NCBI RefSeq assembly: GCF_006345805.1
Contig: NC_043010.1
Location: forward strand, 24,242,001 to 24,306,000
DNA: 64,000 nt
Reading direction: 5' to 3'
Source: Octopus sinensis
Lineage: Eukaryota
The notes beneath the pieces were generated by a model, which saw nothing but the letters and a program-made list of their open reading frames with translations, had not been told where the DNA came from and ran no database searches. The stretch's first letter is position 1. The number at the start of each line of letters is the position of its first letter. Position numbers and translations under genes: made by a program. Positions 62,656-64,000 of the stretch are shown piece by piece.

Positions 62656-64000
62656 TAGAACGGAGATGGCAATTCTATCAAGACTAGTATAAACGTTACA
62701 CCTTTAAAAATGGATTTGTTTGATTGATCCTTTCAAATAAGGGTCATATGCGAGCGATAAGCAAAAATAAACAAAACAAATAAATGAGTTCAATATAAAA
62801 TTATAAAAATCGAGGAAAAACCTTAAATCGAAGATTTGATTAAATACATATTGTCATTAATTATGTAGAAAATATAATTCGATTAATACAATTAATACAT
62901 AAAAATTTAACTTAAAATATATTAAAATATATTAAAATATTTCACAACAGTACATACTCATACTAAAATACACAGATAGATGTCCGCAGACCACATACAT
63001 ATACAGACATATAAATGCAAAACGAAAATATACACACAAATACATGTACACACATGCATACGCAATCTTGCTCACATGCAAAAATCACTCGGTGTATACA
63101 TATAGACTATAAGCAAAATGCAGGGAAGTGGAAGAGACGATCTTGTAAGCAACAGAAAGCTAAAGACGTGAGTAAGGGAGGGGGAGGGGCGTAAAGTTAC
63201 AGAGAGAGAGAAAAACGAAAGAAAGGAAGAAAGAAAAAAGAAAAAGAAAAAAGAAAAAGTCTGACTATACGTAACGGATGATCATAAGATAAAATTACGT
63301 ATACATGTGTATATAAGCATGTAAGCCGTAAATACATATATACGAACACATATAAATATATAGAGACAAGTATGCAAACACACAAGTCCAACTGAATACA
63401 TACACATATATTCATGTATGTATGTGCATAAGTACAAACATACACTCTCACTTACACATATACATAGACGCATGCTTACAAATACATATGCATGCCAATA
63501 CAAATATTCACAGAAAAAAGTCTAGGGTCTGCGATTATTTTTTTTTTTAATTGCTGAGTGCATAATAATAAAATGTTTAGATAAAAGACATCCAAAATAT
63601 TGGATTATCTATAAATTAAATTACCAAAGTGAGTTTATACAATATAAAATAGTAAAATAAACTAAGTCGAAGGTTTTTTCTTAAGAAATATATCGAAATA
63701 TAATCAAAAGATATACAAAACTTTGCGTTGCGGAATAGAACCTGCATAATGTGAAACAAATCCAACAGTGTGATCAAAAGCTAGTCCAAGAATCAAAAGA
63801 TCAAAAAGACAAAATATACGCTATCCATATGGGATATTGATGTTCGACATTTTAAATTTGGTTGCGTGCCTGCATGAGTTCAAAAGTTCGCTTCTTTGAT
63901 TCAAAGAATTAATGTCTTGGAATAATATGAAATATTTCTCTAATAAACAGAGATCGCATTTAAAATTCTTCCTATGTGCCCCGTGCCTGTATGGTGCCGC

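Overview
AT-rich, microsatellite-saturated eukaryotic DNA, very probably octopus (inferred from tRNA-derived CORE-type SINEs and dense (TA)n/(TATG)n/(GATA)n tracts), with a 100-N gap at 58954-59053. I recognise no host protein-coding gene; most listed ORFs are microsatellite artefacts, and there is one candidate 150-nt spliced exon. Transposable elements: two mariner copies (one full-length with 37-bp TIRs), a near-intact RTE LINE in (TA)n, a full-length Tx1/L1 LINE in (GATA)n, a Dong/R4 3' fragment in (TAA)n, a CR1-like fragment, one Neptune-type and two Hydra-type Penelope-like elements (PLEs), and about 18 SINE copies. The main hidden signal is more than 15 type I hammerhead ribozyme (HHR) motifs, found by reading both strands. 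They lie in (a) a highly structured 352-bp tandem repeat, (b) a diverged family of roughly 430-465-bp non-coding tandem/inverted repeats clustered at 21.3-27.2 kb, with a probable relative at 59.1 kb, and (c) PLE pseudo-LTRs. This fits non-autonomous non-LTR retrozymes sitting beside candidate autonomous PLE helpers. Unusual shared features are self-complementary stem III, an A.A pair at the base of stem II in three subfamilies, a conserved GGTAAAYGTTTT motif after the cleavage site, and a CCTTAWT-like motif at the 3' insertion end. All folds were done by eye; activity, expression and novelty are untested.
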